The translations under genes and the position numbers were made by a program. From the human T2T-CHM13v2.0 reference genome, Homo sapiens: a stretch of DNA of 64,000 nucleotides. Positions 1 through 14,050 of the stretch are shown piece by piece. The DNA is taken from the NCBI RefSeq assembly GCF_009914755.1, contig NC_060944.1; one strand, written 5' to 3'. The notes under the pieces were generated by a model that saw nothing but the letters and a program-made list of their open reading frames with translations, was not told the origin of the DNA and searched no databases. Numbering within the stretch: the stretch's first letter is position 1; every line of letters begins with the position of its first letter.

Positions 1-1687
1 CCCCGAGCCACCCTCCCCAGGGGCCCTTGGCGAGGCTGCCTCTACGGAGGTCCTTCCCCCGTCTCGGCAGGTGCTGCGGCACCTTGAGGGCTTGGACTCA
101 GGCTGTCAGGATGAGGAGCCAAGCCACGGGATCAGTTGCTGGTGTTTGCCAAAGGTGTGTCCCAGAGGGGCCACCCGTAGCCTCTGACGGTGCCACGGCT
201 GGAAGGCCCTGGCCAAACACCTGTCCCACTTCAACAGCGCGTTCAGTGGATCCCCCAAACCAAAGGGCCTGCTGGCGTTCTTCAGTGAGCTTCTCAAAGT
301 GTGGGTGCAGGGCTCTCAATAGAGGCCCCTGGGCGCTGGGTAAGAGGCACATTCCTGAGCCCACACCTACCCCTCCAGGACACTGCAGGTCGAAGCTCAG
401 GAATGTGCATTTTCACCACCTTCCCTAGTGATTTTAGGCAGAGGGCTCATTAGAGCCAAGTAACAGAAGAGGAAGCGAAGTCTCAGAGAGGGAGCAGCAC
501 TCTTTGGCAGCACAGGGAGTGAGGGGCAGCGAGGGAGGAGGGTCCAGGGCAGAGTGAAGTGGCCACACCTGCTCTGTCCCTTGGCTGGAAACAGCCTAAT
601 GGTCCAGACGACCCCCTGGGCTATGGGAGCTCAAATCACTTCCCGCCAGAAGGCTTCTCTGACCCCTCACCTCCAGCCCAGGGAGATGCCCCTGCCTGTC
701 CCCTGGGCTCCGCGGCCCCTGGGCTTCCTGCTCCCCTGGCACTGGGCACACTGGAATGCAAATAACCACCGACCCTTGAATGTCCCCACCAGCATGGTGC
801 CTGGCGTGTAGTGGATACGGCCGGGATGCAGGTGCTTGAGCCATGCCATCAGGAATCTCTCCCATCATCTCAGTCCTGCCTTCCCTTCTATGGCCCCCTG
901 CAGTCCCCACTAACCCCAGCTTGCCCTGCAGCTCCAACAGAATGGGAGTGCATCCCCAACTATCAGCCCGGCCACAGTCCCGGGGCTCCCTGTCCTTGGA
1001 CTGCCAGGGGTCAGGTGCCAGTGTGTGAGCCAGTATCTGTGGCTGGATGCAAGGAGATGAGGCTCCCCTAGGCTAGACCCCAGTGCTCTGGCCACAGCTG
1101 CATGCGGGGTGGGGGCAGCCTACCAGAAAGGGCAAGACTGGAAGTGGGGAGGTGCCCCACAGGAAAACCGGGATTCTACCAAGGGCAGGAGGCTGGGCAG
1201 GCGGAAACCAGCACCATCCACTCCAGCCCACCTGCCCTCCTGACCTCCCACAATGGCTGCTCTGATGACCAGAAGGTTCCTCAGAAGCCAGTTAAATCTG
1301 TTTCTCCTACCCCACACACCTGGCTCTGCCTCTTCCTTTGTTCCCTTGGTGGTCCTGAAAGGCTGGCTGGCTGCTGTCACGTTCCCCACCAACCACCCCA
1401 AACCCCACTCCCCTGCCCTCGGGGTATCCCTGGTCCCCCCCACCTTCTCATATGTGCGGTCTTCATGTCGTGGATTCCAGACCCCGGCCCTGCTGGCTGC
1501 CTGCCCAGCCAAGAACACCTGCCGTGGACACCTCCCCACGCCTGGGCCACCACCTGCCCAGTCCTCATCACCCGCCATCCAAAAAGTCACTCTGGTGTTG
1601 AAGACTCATCTAAACCTGGACCCCAAAATGCTACTGGCATTTAGTCACTATTCCACAGGCCCGTTCTGATTATTTGTTATTTTATTT

Positions 1688-2100
1688 TATTTGAGGCAGG
1701 GTCTTGCTCTGTCACCCAGGCTGGAGTGCAATGGTGCAATCACTAGCTCACTGCAGCCTTGATTTTCTGGGCTCAGATGATCCTCCCACCTCAGCCTCCC
1801 AAGTAGCTGGGACCACAGGCACACACCACCATGCCCAGCTAATTTTTTTATTTTTTGGTAGAGACAGGGTCTCCCTATGTTGCCCAGGCTGCGTGATTTT
1901 AAAAACATAAATATCTCCAAATTATCTGACCCTCCTAGAGATGAAATCTCCCTGTGGCCGCTGTTCTTTTTTTTTTTTTTTTTTTTGAGATGGAGTCTCT
2001 CCATGCTGCCCAGGCTGAGCTTGAACTCCTGGCCTCAAGCTATCCTCCTGCCTCAGCCTCCCAAAATGCTGTGACTACAGGTGTGAGACATGGCACCAAG
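1688..2100 (-). mobile_element. Partial AluJ (1688-1890) and FLAM (~1966-2100)
   Basis: Antisense Alu consensus motifs with poly-T. Confidence 0.85.
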
Positions 2101-2160
2101 CCTGTGGCCACTTTTTCTTTATTTTCACATGAGATAAAGACACCACCTGAGAAAGTATTT

Positions 2161-2162
<2 letters not shown>

Positions 2163-2196
<34 letters not shown>
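2163..2196. repeat. (GT)17 microsatellite
   Basis: Read directly from the sequence. Confidence 0.95.
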
Positions 2197-2198
<2 letters not shown>

Positions 2199-2524
2199 CT
2201 GGGGTATGGAGTCACATGTGCGTGTGGGAAACAAGCCTGAAGGGTTGCTTTGGCACATCACCTCTGGGTCTTGCCATTGCAGTGATTTATTTGCTTTTCT
2301 GTATTTTCTACCTTAACATGTAATTTTGGGGAAATTAAAAAATCAATTTAAGAAACTTAATGGATAAACAAAAGACAGTCAATACTGGAAAAGGCACAAA
2401 TCATGAAGGTAAACCCATAGGCATGGATGTGAATCTCAGCAGTGTGTGGTCTTGGGCAAGTGGCTTGTGCCTTTGCCTCTCTGAGGCCTGGTTTCTCACC
2501 CCCCCAAAATGGGGGATTATATAG

Positions 2525-3270
2525 TAAATGGCAAAAGTGGCTGTAATCTTTGCCACTTCTCCCATCAAAAGATAGAGTTTGTTTTCCCTCCCCCTGAATC
2601 TAGGCTGCCCTTGTAAGTTGTTTTGGTTAGTGAAATGCAGGAGAAGGGATGGTGTGCTTGTTCCAAGTGGACCTCAAGGGCCTTGCAGCTTCTACTCACT
2701 CTCTTGGAACCCCGCCCAGCTGCCATGAGAACAGCCTGGGCTAGCCCACTGGAGGATGAGAGCCCACACAGAACTAAGACAAGCTATCTCAGTTGACCCC
2801 ATTCTGAGCCAGCCAGCTGGCCCCAGCAGACCTGGAAGTTGACCTCTGACAACTGAGTGAGCCCAGCTACCAGAAGAACTGCCCAGCTGAGCACAGCCAT
2901 TAGAAATAAATAGTTTGGGCTGGGTGCAGTGGCTCACACCTGTAATCCCAGCACTCTGGGAGGCCAAGGTGGGTGGATCATGAGGTCAGGAGATCAAGAC
3001 CATCCTGTGAATGGTGAAACCCCATCTCTACTAAAAATAAAAATACAAAAAAAAAAATTAGCCGGGTGTGGTAGTGGGCGCCTGTAGTCCCAGCTACTCA
3101 GGAGGCTGAGGCGGGAATGGTGTGAACCTGGGAGGCAGAGCTTGCAGCTAGCCGAGATCATGCCACTGCACTCCAGCCTGGGCGACAGAGCAAGACTCCT
3201 TCTCAAAAATAAATAAATAAATAAAATAAACAGTTTGGGGGTAGTTTGTTATGTAGCTAACAACAGCTGA
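2525..3270 (+). mobile_element. MaLR (MLT1-type) LTR remnant interrupted by an Alu (~2918-3228)
   Basis: CCCCTGAATCTAGGCTG...GCCATGAGAACAGCCTGGGCTAGCC...TTTGGGGGTAGTTTGTTATGTAGC. Confidence 0.55.
2918..3228 (+). mobile_element. Alu (S/Y)
   Basis: GGCTGGGTGCAGTGGCTCAC...(AAAT)n tail. Confidence 0.9.
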
Positions 3271-6200
3271 CAAACACACTAAACATGCCCCTAACTTATG
3301 ACCTTTGCCCTTGCTCTTTGCTCTGCCTGAAACCCCACTCCCTGCAAACTCCATGGGCCTTTTCTCTCTCACTGCCTTCAGGTCTCTGCTCAGTGAGGTC
3401 TCCCCTGGCCAGTCCATATAAAAAGCCCCTCTCCCATCACTCTCCTTCGTATATATCTTGCCATAGCACTTACCACCTCGCTTCTTTATGTATTTACTTG
3501 CTTATTTGTTTATTGTCTCTCTTCCCCCAACACACACACCATGGAATATGAGTGTCATGGGGGCAAGGAGATTCTCTATTTTGTCTACCACTATTAGCGC
3601 CCAGCACCTGGTAGGGGTTCAGATATTTGTGGAATAAACAAGTTCATCTTTTGCCTTAGGGGCTCCCATCCAGCTGGCCACAGCGCTCTCACTAAGAAGA
3701 CGTATTCTGGGCACCTCCCAGCTGCCCGCCTGGCTCTGGGCCCTCAATCCCTGAATGACAGTGGTCACTGCACTTGAATAACCCCCTAGAGTGTAAAGGG
3801 ACTTCCTCCTTTCCTGCAACCCACTAATGGGGTCTGCAGACCCCACTCTCCAGCCCTGTTTCTCAGGTGAGATAACTGAGGCGGAGAGACTAGTGCAGGT
3901 GTAGGGACACAGGTATCTTGTGGCACATCTTGCCTGGTGCTCCCTCAGGCCATTGGACAGAGGCACCTCCTCCCACCACCAAGAGCTGGGCCAGGCATCA
4001 GGGATCCCTGGTCTGAGCCTTTTCTTCTCCTAACTTGCATTGAGACCTGAACAGTCCCTAACAGGGAGACAAAAAAAACTTCTCAACAGTGAGAAGCCTC
4101 TGACAATCCCAGCACCTCATTAAATAGACTTTCATCATTTCATGCAAAGCTACCAAAGGAAAGAAAACATCAGGGGCTGTTAGACCTTGGCCAGGGGTCC
4201 CCTCAACTCTCAGAGCGTCAGGAAGGCTGAGGAAGAGGGGTGAGGGGGAGGGTCCCCCGCAGCCTCTGGCTGGCCTCACCCAGCCATCTCCCATGGCACC
4301 TCCTGCCCTGGTCAGAAGCCCTCCTGCCCTCCTGGGCACTCAGGGGAAATCCTCTGCAACTTGGGATGAAAACCACAGAGCAAGAGTCCCTGGAATTCAC
4401 GTGTGACTGCTTGGTAATGTTGCCTTAGCCCAGCTTTCCCCAAGAGCTGACCCAAAAGGAAGATTCAAGCAGAAGCATTTTGTGGGGGGATGGCCCCAGG
4501 AAGCCCCAGTAGGAGTGTGTGCTAACTCTGGGCATTCCCAGCTTGGTGGAGTGTGCCCCTGCCATCAGGGGTGCCCTTGAGAAGAGAGGCAGGCAGGTCC
4601 TGATGTAGGATGCCACTGGGTGTGCAGGAAGGAACTGCAGGTGACTTTGGGGGTCCAGGGCCCTGAGGAAAACTGAGAACAGCACTGCTGATCCCAGGGG
4701 AGGGGATGGAGAGCAAAGGGTGACTCTAGGGAGGCATTTCAGCAGAGGAGACCCATGAGAAGGGGAGGACCCTCCATCTTCAGGCTGGGTATTGAATTTT
4801 CCAAGCCCACCTGGCTAACGGCTTTGCCCCCAGAGGCACTTGAGCAAAGGGCCAGCCCCAGCCAGAGCCAGGAGAGCAGGCTCTGCACTGCCGCAGGAGA
4901 GCTGCTAGCCCAGCCTGGCTACACCATGGAAGCCCAAAGACAGGAGCTCTTTTACAGAAATGAAACCCCTAGAATTAGTCCCCAGACCAATGGCTCTGCA
5001 TGCAAAGGCACAGACAGCATAGACTGAAAGTCTACTGTGTGCATAGCTGCAGCCAGGAGATGGGCAGGGGCCCATAAGAGAACACCAAGGTCATGTTCAT
5101 TAAGCATTCACTGAGGCTGTGCATGGCCTACCTCAGCGCTCACAGCCCCTCCTCCTAGTGGCAACTACGACTCTCCCCTGAGATAGGACCGGTATTCCAA
5201 ACACCTCTCCGGGGCAGGCAGGGGTGGCAGCCCCTTCACTAACTGGACTCTCCTTTTGTGCTCAGAGTAACCCCCCTCCCATTTTACCAATGTGGAAAGG
5301 GATGAGCTTCAGGAGCTTGGCCATGGTCACCGGTGCCAGGGAGTGAGACAGAGGCAGAACCCTGGGAGGCCTGGGTGATTCAAACACATCACAGAGTCTT
5401 TACCCTAAGGGAGCTGCAATCCAGCCGGGGAAATAAGACCCTGAGGAAAATGAGCAAGAGCAGTTAAACCGCAACATAAGGCAATAATACAAGGAGGCTA
5501 CCACCCAGAGCCGGACATTCCACACCCAGCAGTTGGCCTCGCCGCCTCCCGCCCGCTTCTTCTTGTAAGGGCCTTTCTCAAGAAGTGGCTAAAAAGGGAC
5601 TTAGGATAGCACTTGGCGGACAAAAGGGGTTGTTGGCCCCTGCTCTAAAACATTTGCCAACACATCTTCCCATCCCCTAGGGCTTTAAGAATGATCCCCA
5701 CCCTTAGCTAGTCAGTGGCTGCAAAGCAGCCCCTTTCATTAAGCCAGGGAGGGGGGTCCAGTGGAAACTGAGCCCCCGATCTTTGGGAAACTGCTGAGGA
5801 GGCTATAAAATTAGAGAGAAGGACGAGCAAATTACAGAGAGGGAGTGGGCAGGCAGCAGGGCCTTTCATCAGCCTGATTAGCTAAGGAAAGAGGCCCAGC
5901 CATGGGGGAGGAAGGCCAGGGGAGGTCGCCGGCTACCTCCTGGGGGATTGAGGGCCCCTCCAAAGTTCAGGGGCCTCAGCCCAGGCTTCTGCCTTCAGGT
6001 CAAACCTGTCCTTGCACAGTAGGGGGAGGACCCAACATTTTACCGGGATGCACCATTTCTCACCCTCTGACTCTGGGGCCTGGCTGAATCTCCTGGAGTC
6101 TCATTCTCCTCATCTGTAAAACAGCCCCGGCTCACAGGATGTAACTGTGACTGAACTAAACAAGTGGTTGGTTCTCAACCCTAGCTGTACATCAGGACCA

Positions 6201-6619
6201 CCAGGTGAAGACATGTTAAACCTCCAATACTTAGGCTGTACCCTGTACTATTGATATCAGAATCTTTGGTGGGGGGTGGGGAGGGTTGGGTGGGAACATC
6301 CCAAGCACAGGGACAACTGGAACAGAGGGCCTGCGCAGGAGAGCCTGGGGTGTCCTGGAACAGGTGTGGCTGGATGGGGATGAAGGAGAGGGATGGCACA
6401 GGAGGGAAGTTCACAGAGGTCAGGGGAGCTCAGCTACACTTGCAGATCACAAACCACCCCACATTTCATGCAGGAAACAACCACAATAAAACCACCACCA
6501 TTTTATTGTGCTTGGGCTTCTGGGAGGCTAGAGTCTGGACAGGCCTTAGTGGGAATGACTCGTCTCTGTTACATAACATCTGGGGCTTCAGCTAGGAAGA
6601 TGTGAGTGTCTTGCGGGGG

Positions 6620-7180
6620 CAACTGTCTAATACAGTAGCCCCTAGGCTCATGTGACTATTTAAACAGAAATTAATTAAAATTAAGCAAAATAAAAACTTA
6701 GCTTCCTCAATTGCACCAGCCACATTCCAGGTGCTTAATAGAGAAGTGCCAGACTTGGCTGGGCGCAGTGGCTCACGCCTGCAATCCCAGCACTTTGGGA
6801 GGCCGAGGTGAGAGGAACCCTTGAGCTCAGGAGTTCGAGACCAGCCTGAGCAATACAGGTAGACCCTGTCTCTGTAAAAAATAAAAAATTAAAATAATTT
6901 TTACAAAAGAGAGAATTGCCATACTTGGCAGATAAAAATACAGGACACCCAGTGAAATCTGAATTTTAAATAATCAACAAATTTTTTTTTAGAATAACTA
7001 TGTTCCAAATATTGCATGGTATGTATTACACTATATTATTTGTTGTATGGAATTCAAATTTGGCAGTGTTCCATGTTTTATCTAAATCCCAGCTAACATG
7101 TGGCTAACGACCACTAGGCTGGACGGCACAGATACCGAACATTCCCGTCACACAGAAAGTCCTTATGAACACTGCTGCTC
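6620..7180. mobile_element. MER3/MER33-type hAT fragments with an inserted FLAM (~6757-6900)
   Basis: GTAGCCCCTAG...CCAGCCACAT; GATAAAATACAGGACACCCAG...ATGTTCCAAATATTGCATGG. Confidence 0.55.
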
Positions 7181-9045
7181 TGGAGAGGTCTTCACTCACC
7201 TGTCTGCTTCCTGGGCTGGGAGGACGTGAAGACGGGGCTTCACTGGAATGTGGGACCTCTGTATCTGGCGTGGGTCCTCACGGATGGCAACCACATTCCA
7301 AGAGAGTGGCCCAAGAGCAAGGCTTCCTCCGCTCTGTACCTGGAGGTTACCCGCCAGCGTCACTTCTGTCCTGTTCTGGTGGGTTACACATGTGCCATTC
7401 CAGCCAACCCAGGTTCAAGAGGAGGGGGATCCGATTCCTTCTGATGGGAAAGCTGCAAGATCACATTACAGAAGAGTATACGGGACTGGAAATATTGTTG
7501 GAAAATACAATGTTGGAGTTGGGGACATCAAATCACGTAGGGCTTTGTAGTTGTTGGAAGGACTGGGGCTTTGAGTCAAACAGGGAGTCATGAAGGGTAT
7601 TTGCAGAGTAGGGTCACAATCTGACTCATGTGCGAAGAAGATCCCTTTGGCTGTTGCAAGTGAATAAAACGTAGGGGGTGAAGGCAGAGTCTGGGAGTTT
7701 CCTTAGGTTGTACCTAGCCCTAAACTAAACTGAAATCAGACCCCAGCCTAGTACTTGGTGGTGGAGTTGGCATGACGATCCCAGCTTCTGGACCCTATTT
7801 CCCTCTTCCCTGCAACAAGGACCCTTGCAAGTAGCCCCTCCCCTCACACCAGCTTCACCTCTTGCCCCCAATTCTGAGGCGAGTCACATCTGGTCAGTTT
7901 CACTCCCCCGCCCCCTCCTATGGCGACAAGTGCTTTAACAGACAGTGCAAAAGGGGTCAAAAGCACTGCAGACATGAACCAGACTTTAGAAAAACACATA
8001 GCGCGAGCCCTGTTGGGATTCGCAGCAGGCGTTTCCAATGTTTTTCTCGAGACTGCAGGCTTGGGATTTCCTGTCTTCTGAGGCATTCGCTGAGCAGGCC
8101 AAGATCAGCTTCATAGGAAGGCAGGAATGGGGCTTCCTACATTGCTGTCTGCAGGCTCTCTCTGGCTCCTTTCCTCTCCTCCCCTTAGGGTCTTTTTTGT
8201 GTATTCTTTCTCCTACTTCTGACACTTTTTCTGCCCCCAGATAAATGTCCAGCCACCTGCCTCCCAACAGGACTGAATCACGGGATCATGATACAATCAA
8301 CAAATCCAAGGAGCTGAGAGGCCCCGGGAGCTGCAGCTGCATCCAGCTGGAATCTTGAAGGCTGGCTCTAGCTACGGGTTTCCACCCTCATGCGAAGTGT
8401 GCCAACTGCTTCGCAGAAACCTCCTAACTTCAGCAGGGCAGAGCAATGGGAAGCTATGTCAAGAATTGCTATGGGTATCCGGCCTGATTTAGGGGTAACT
8501 GATACACAGCCTAACACCGCACAGCACCGTTCTTATTAACTGTTCCTTGACTTTGCCCTGTCTTAGGTTGACCGTCCAGAGCATGGGTCATCCCCTCCCT
8601 GTCTTTTTGCAATGTAGAGAGGATGGGGTAAACAACAAACACATGACCTCCATTCCCTCTCCAAACCCCATCAGAACAACTGGAAAGGATCTGCAATGTA
8701 ACAGTTAAAAAGTAAGGCCGTTCATAAACAGTTCCTGAAACCCAAGCAGCTGGCCAGTCTCCTGCTCCATTTCCTTGCAGCAAGTTTCAGTGGAAACTCT
8801 ATACCCCAAACCCCCAAATCCCTACCCTTTGACTGATGCGAAAAATCCCCCCAAACAGGCCTTTGTTCCTTTAGCTGAGGACACACCAAATGAATTAATG
8901 AACGTGGATAAGAGCTGGAAGGCAACTATCAGAAGTGGCTGTGGACTAGGATTACAGGCTGTTATTTTCCTGGCCTGAATATTACAGGTCCCACAACTTA
9001 AGAAGCTTTAAAGGAGGTTTGTAAAGCATGTATTAAAAAATAAGG

Positions 9046-9360
9046 CAGGCCCAGTTGGGCAGTGGCTCATGCCTGTAATCCCGTTTTGGGAGGCTGAGAT
9101 GGGAGGACTGTTTGAGGCCAGGAGTTCAAGACCACCCAGGGCAATATAACAAGACCCGTCTCTACAAAGATTTTTTTAAAAAAATTACTCAGGCATGGTG
9201 GCGTGTGCCTGTAATCCCAGTTACTTGGGAGGCTGAGGTGGGAGGATGGCTTCAGCCCAGGAGCTGGAGGCTGTCATGAGCCATGACCGCACCACTGCAC
9301 TCCAGCCTGGGCAACAGTGAGACCCTGTCTCAGAAACAACCAACCAACCAAAAAAAAGAA
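9046..9360 (+). mobile_element. AluJ
   Basis: Dimeric Alu with J-type motifs. Confidence 0.85.
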
Positions 9361-12202
9361 AGGCTCAATTAAAAATTAAAATCCTCCCAAACAGCTACCT
9401 AAACCATTCACAACTTCTAGCTAATGAAGACTTTGGTTGGGTGGGGTGGTTGCTGAAGGCAGGGAAGAGGCTGGGAGGCTCAGGGCCTCTGTGCTTGTCT
9501 GCAGGGGGCCCTCACCTCTTCCTCATGGGAAGCAGGCCGTGGAAGGACAAAGATGCAAAAGAGCTGTTTTGGGGCCTCAGGAAAACTCCTCCATGGATCT
9601 CCATGGAGAGAGAGAACCAACAGCAGAAAACCTCCAGAATCCAACCCCAATGCTGGCATCCTGAATCGTTTTTTGTAAACAATTCCTATTCGGATAGGAA
9701 AAAAATCTAGAAACATTTAATAACTTATTCTTGAGATGTGGTATTTTACTGTTATTTTGTTTTACAAGATGTGGGGACTTCATTAAATCCCTACATGTAT
9801 TAAAGTTAGAAATAAACATTAAAACCAAAAAAGTCAATGGTTTTGAATGGTGACAAACCAAACCTCCAATAAGAAATCACTGTGGGCAGCTCACCCACGC
9901 AAGGGGCACCTTGTGTATGTGCGAGGAGTGGATGGGGAAGGGCGTCCCCTGGACCTTGCAGACCCAGCTGTGTCTAAAGGACATAACTGATCACTGCCCA
10001 AATGTTGTCCACCACCCCCAACTTCCTTCCAGACACATCACATGGCCTGGCTGTGAACCCCCATCAACGTCACAACTGTTTTGACACCAGGCTCAGATGG
10101 GGAGTTCTCGAACAGCATGGCCTCAGCAATGGAGGTTGTGTCTTGGGTAACCAGAAACCTGAAGCCCACAGGAATCCTGGAGGGGACTGCTGGTCTGGGA
10201 AAACACCATTCAGAACTACTTAACTCTCAAGTAGCCTGACATTTCTCTTCCTGCTACCTTAGCTATAAGCTGATAATCTGAGCAGCTCTGCGGGGATACC
10301 AGGCTCCTGCTCAGCTGTGGGTGGGCAGGTGGCTGTGCTGGGTCGCCCCTGCCGCCTACAGGCAGAAAGCGGATGGTGCAAGGTTTCCTTCCAAACGGAA
10401 ATCGCCCTTCACAGAGCTGAGCCTGGGAATTACCACAAAGAAACCTCACAAAGAAAAGGTGCGCAAGGCAAATGTTCAGAAAACAGACCCCTAAACCCTG
10501 AGATGGCACAAGTGAATGTGTTGGGTGGTGAACTGGCCAAATGCTTGTGCTCTGTCACCACAAACGACCCCAGTGGTCTGACATGACCTCAACGGCTTCA
10601 CAGACCAGGGGTGTGCTTTCCTTCCTCGTGACAATCTCCTAATTTTGCTTTTCAGAGTGGGGGAGGGCGGGGAGAGGGGAGGTGGATGGCAGTTGTCCCT
10701 GTTGTCTAGTCTGGAGTACAGTGGTGTGATTTTAACTTACTACAGCCTTGAACTCCTGGGCACAAGCAGTCCTCCCACCTCAGCCCTCCAGGTGTATGCC
10801 ACCACTGTAGGTTAGCATTTTTTGTAGACACGGTTGCGCTGTTTCTCAGGCTGGATCCTAGCTTTTAATGAAATCGTATGACATGTGAACTGTGCAGTTT
10901 TGCGTGTGCCACGAGGCAACTTTCTCAGCCGTGCCTTGGGCAAGTCACAGCCTTTTTGGCCTGGATGCCTTAAGGCAGCCCATCTGAAACCACTTCCCAT
11001 TCCCATTTCTAGAAACCTTCAAGGGTTCCCTATGAATTGTGCACCCACATGGGTTTTCCTGGAGGATCACTAGTTCTCAGAACCATACAAGCACACAGCA
11101 AAAGCCTCTCCACACATCACCCTGAAGTGACCCAAATTCCCATTTCTCAATGTGGGACCTATGCTCTCCTGCACTCCAGCAAGATAGCTGTGGATTCCCA
11201 CCTGATGCTGTTCCTCCTGCTGCCAAGTGCCTGCCTGCCTTTCCAGGTCTCAGCACACCACACAGGTCGCAGTCAGCATCTAAACCCATCCCCCCACCCC
11301 AGACCACTATGAATGCACCCTCACATACAGGTAAAGGTAGCAACTCACTAGGTGACTGACAGAAGGGGAAAGGTGACTACATCCCTGACCCAGAGTGCCT
11401 CAAATTTCCTAAGTGACTGTCAGGTGCAATTTAATGAAAAGCCTTGGAACAAATACAGCAGGTAAAACATCTACAATCATACCATCCATGAAGGCTGTAT
11501 TAGAGATTGCTGGCATAAAACTAATTTGAGGGGCCTGTGAAGTGCTGACTCCAGCTCACAGATCAGTCAGCTGAGAGAGGCAGCCTAGATCACTTGGTGA
11601 GCAGCAGACCCAGCACTCAAGATTCATGCCTCTGCTGTCCATTTGACAAGGTTTAGTCTCAAGAAAATGCACCAAGGCCCCGAGGCCAACAGCCAGAGCT
11701 CCACCAATCAGGGCTGATCACACTGGTGCTCAAGCACTGCGGCCCAGGAACCTGACTGCAGGAGTGCTGGCTCTACACTAACAGAATGCTGGGCGTGTGT
11801 GGGTGGCTGCTGTGGACATTATGGGGGAGATGGGTAGGAAGGACAGATTTGGTTAGGAGCCCAGACTGAAGTTACAACTGCCAAGTTTAAATTCACTCGT
11901 TTTGTGCACCGTTTCCCAAGTATGTACTGTGAAGGTAGAAGGCACTGTGGCCGCCTGTAAATAGCTGGGGAGGCAAGACATGAAGACCAGATAAATGTTA
12001 AGAAACATGCTCCCTGTATGTATTGAAATCAGTTCTGCAACCCTCATACCAGTTGGCTGTAACAGATACTAAATGTGGTGGGTAAAATGTTTTTAGTCTC
12101 ATGGTCTTACCATGAATTACTTATTAGAAAGGTAAAGGAGATTACCACCCTAAGTGCTCAGTCATCAACAAAGGAATAGACACACAACTCCTGAAGACAT
12201 GT

Positions 12203-12490
12203 CATTGGCACCAGGGAGTGGTTTCGTGGAAGACAATTTTTCCATGGACAAGGTGGGGTGTGGAAAGGGATGGCTTCCAGATGAAACCATTCCACATCAG
12301 ATCATCAGGCATTTGATTCTCCTAAGGAGCGCACAACCTAGACCTGTTGCATGCCCAGTTCACAATACTGGTTTGCACTCCTATGAGAATCTAATGCTGC
12401 TGCTAATCTGACAGGAGGCGAACCTCAGGCGGCAATGCTGGCTCACCTCTTCCTAACAAGCCATGGACCTGAGACTGGGGACCACTGCCC
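12203..12490 (+). mobile_element. MER1-type hAT DNA transposon fragment
   Basis: GGTTTCGTGGAAGACAATTTTTCCATGGAC and GAGAATCTAATGCTGCTGCT signatures. Confidence 0.7.
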
Positions 12491-12737
12491 TATGGTAAAG
12501 GCCCTGGCCAAAATGCAAACCTCCATCAGGTCAGGAGCAAACAGACAAACCCACATTTAGAGACCATCTAAAAAAGGCCTGGAGTACTTAAGAATGTCAA
12601 GACTAGGACAAATTTCCCCTGACCGCCCCCAGGACTCTGGGCAGAACCTGAAAACCCTGTAACCACAGCCAAACCCTAGCACCACCTGCACTCCTGGGAC
12701 ACACTCTGGTTTTAGTTTCCACGAAAACAGGCCGTAC

Positions 12738-13495
12738 ATTAGTAGCACGATTATTTTATTATATGCTTTATAAAAAAACAAACACCCAAAGACATACAAC
12801 ACACCGCCCTCACCCCCCAGCGGCCATTAGGGAGGGGGCTTATACTTTTCCTAATGTAGATCTGGCCATCTTATAAAGCAGACCACATTATTTGTTTCCA
12901 TATATACCTGTAGATATTTCTCTCCCCTCAAATATTTATATCTCGACTAAAAAAAGGAGGTGCAAAGAGTATATAAAGATAAATGAGATTTTCTTGCTGT
13001 TGTTATAGTACAAACACCAGATGACTACCAGTGGAGTAACAGGGCAAAACAAAAACACAAACCCCACCTTCAGTGAGGAATGGAAGGTCTGTTACCGACC
13101 TCAAGTAGCTGAATCACCTGCTGTAACTGGCACCTCCCTGACAATCATGGGTTTGTAGGGACATGGGCCAGGTGATGGCTTCTACTTGTTTCCAGAAGGC
13201 TAATGTGTCCTACACCCTTTCTTAGTAACTAAAGACGAACTACGGGAGAACCCAGTATTTGGATTCTGCCCAGAGGTATTAAATGCACAAGGAAAAATTA
13301 GTTATGTCCAAGTAGCAAGCAATAATATTTTTAAACCAACATGGTTAAATGTTAAGATTTGTAGAAATCAAAATATTTATTCACATAATTTTAAACTAAA
13401 GTTGAAGCTAATATATCTTCCGTGGTAATGATTTAAGTGCAAGTGATGCTTGGCTTTCTTTCACATTCATTTCTTTTCTTCTGAGTGAAGGCATA
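12738..13495 (-). other. SNX5: SNX5 3' UTR (end approximate)
   Basis: Follows the stop codon; repeat-free; AATAAA (minus strand) at 13376-13381 and 12755-12760. Confidence 0.8.
12755..12760 (-). terminator. SNX5: SNX5 distal polyadenylation signal AATAAA
   Basis: TTTATT on plus strand; GU/U-rich TGTTTTCGTG downstream on the minus strand. Confidence 0.75.
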
Positions 13496-13546
13496 TCAGT
13501 TATTCTTGAACAAGTCAATACAGCTCTGCAAAAGGGAGACATTGTT
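13496..13546 (-). CDS. SNX5: SNX5 last coding exon (NNVSLLQSCIDLFKNN*)
   Basis: CAG acceptor, TGA stop at 13496-13498; all 13 exons sum to 1215 nt = 404 aa + stop. Confidence 0.96.
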   Translation of the reverse strand, partial: NNVSLLQSCIDLFKNN

Positions 13547-13914
13547 CTGTGGGGAAAAAAGGCAAGGCAGACCAGTGAATTATTAAAACTTGCCATATAC
13601 CTGGAATGACTCAAGTACACCAACACGGCTTTTCACGGGAGGTTTAAAGTCAGCCAGAGCAAGCTGGCCCTTCTCTTCATCAAATCCCAGGTGAACTGCA
13701 ACGTACCACGCATCCCCATTTCATGTTTCAGCTCCTCTCCCTCAGTGGGTAAGGCTACCAGCCAAAGAGCCGACGTTCACTCCAGCACCTCTGCCCTCAC
13801 CTGCTTGCTCCTAAATGTGATCCTGCTTACTGTAACTTCTTAAGACACTATCAGTGCGTTGTTCCATGAAGGCGAGGGCCTTGGAAAGATTGAATAAAAG
13901 TTGCTAGAAATTAG

Positions 13915-14050
13915 GGCTGGGAGCTTTAGCTCACACCTGTAATCCCAGCACTTTGGGAGGCCAAGGCAGGTGGATCACCTGAGGTCAGGGGTTCAAGTCC
14001 AGCCTGGCCAAAATGGTGAAACCCCATCTCTATTAAAAAAAAAAAAAAAA
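13915..14050 (+). mobile_element. Alu left monomer with poly(A) and TSD
   Basis: Flanked by AAAAGTTGCTA(G/A)AAATTAG. Confidence 0.85.

Noticed and set aside
7572-7628. Two AP-1 sites (TGAGTCA, TGACTCA)
   Set aside because: Short motifs in what looks like an old repeat fragment; insufficient alone
1-12100. Many 60-180 aa ORFs in GC-rich intergenic DNA
   Set aside because: No recognisable domains or consistent exon structure; they overlap on both strands as expected by chance
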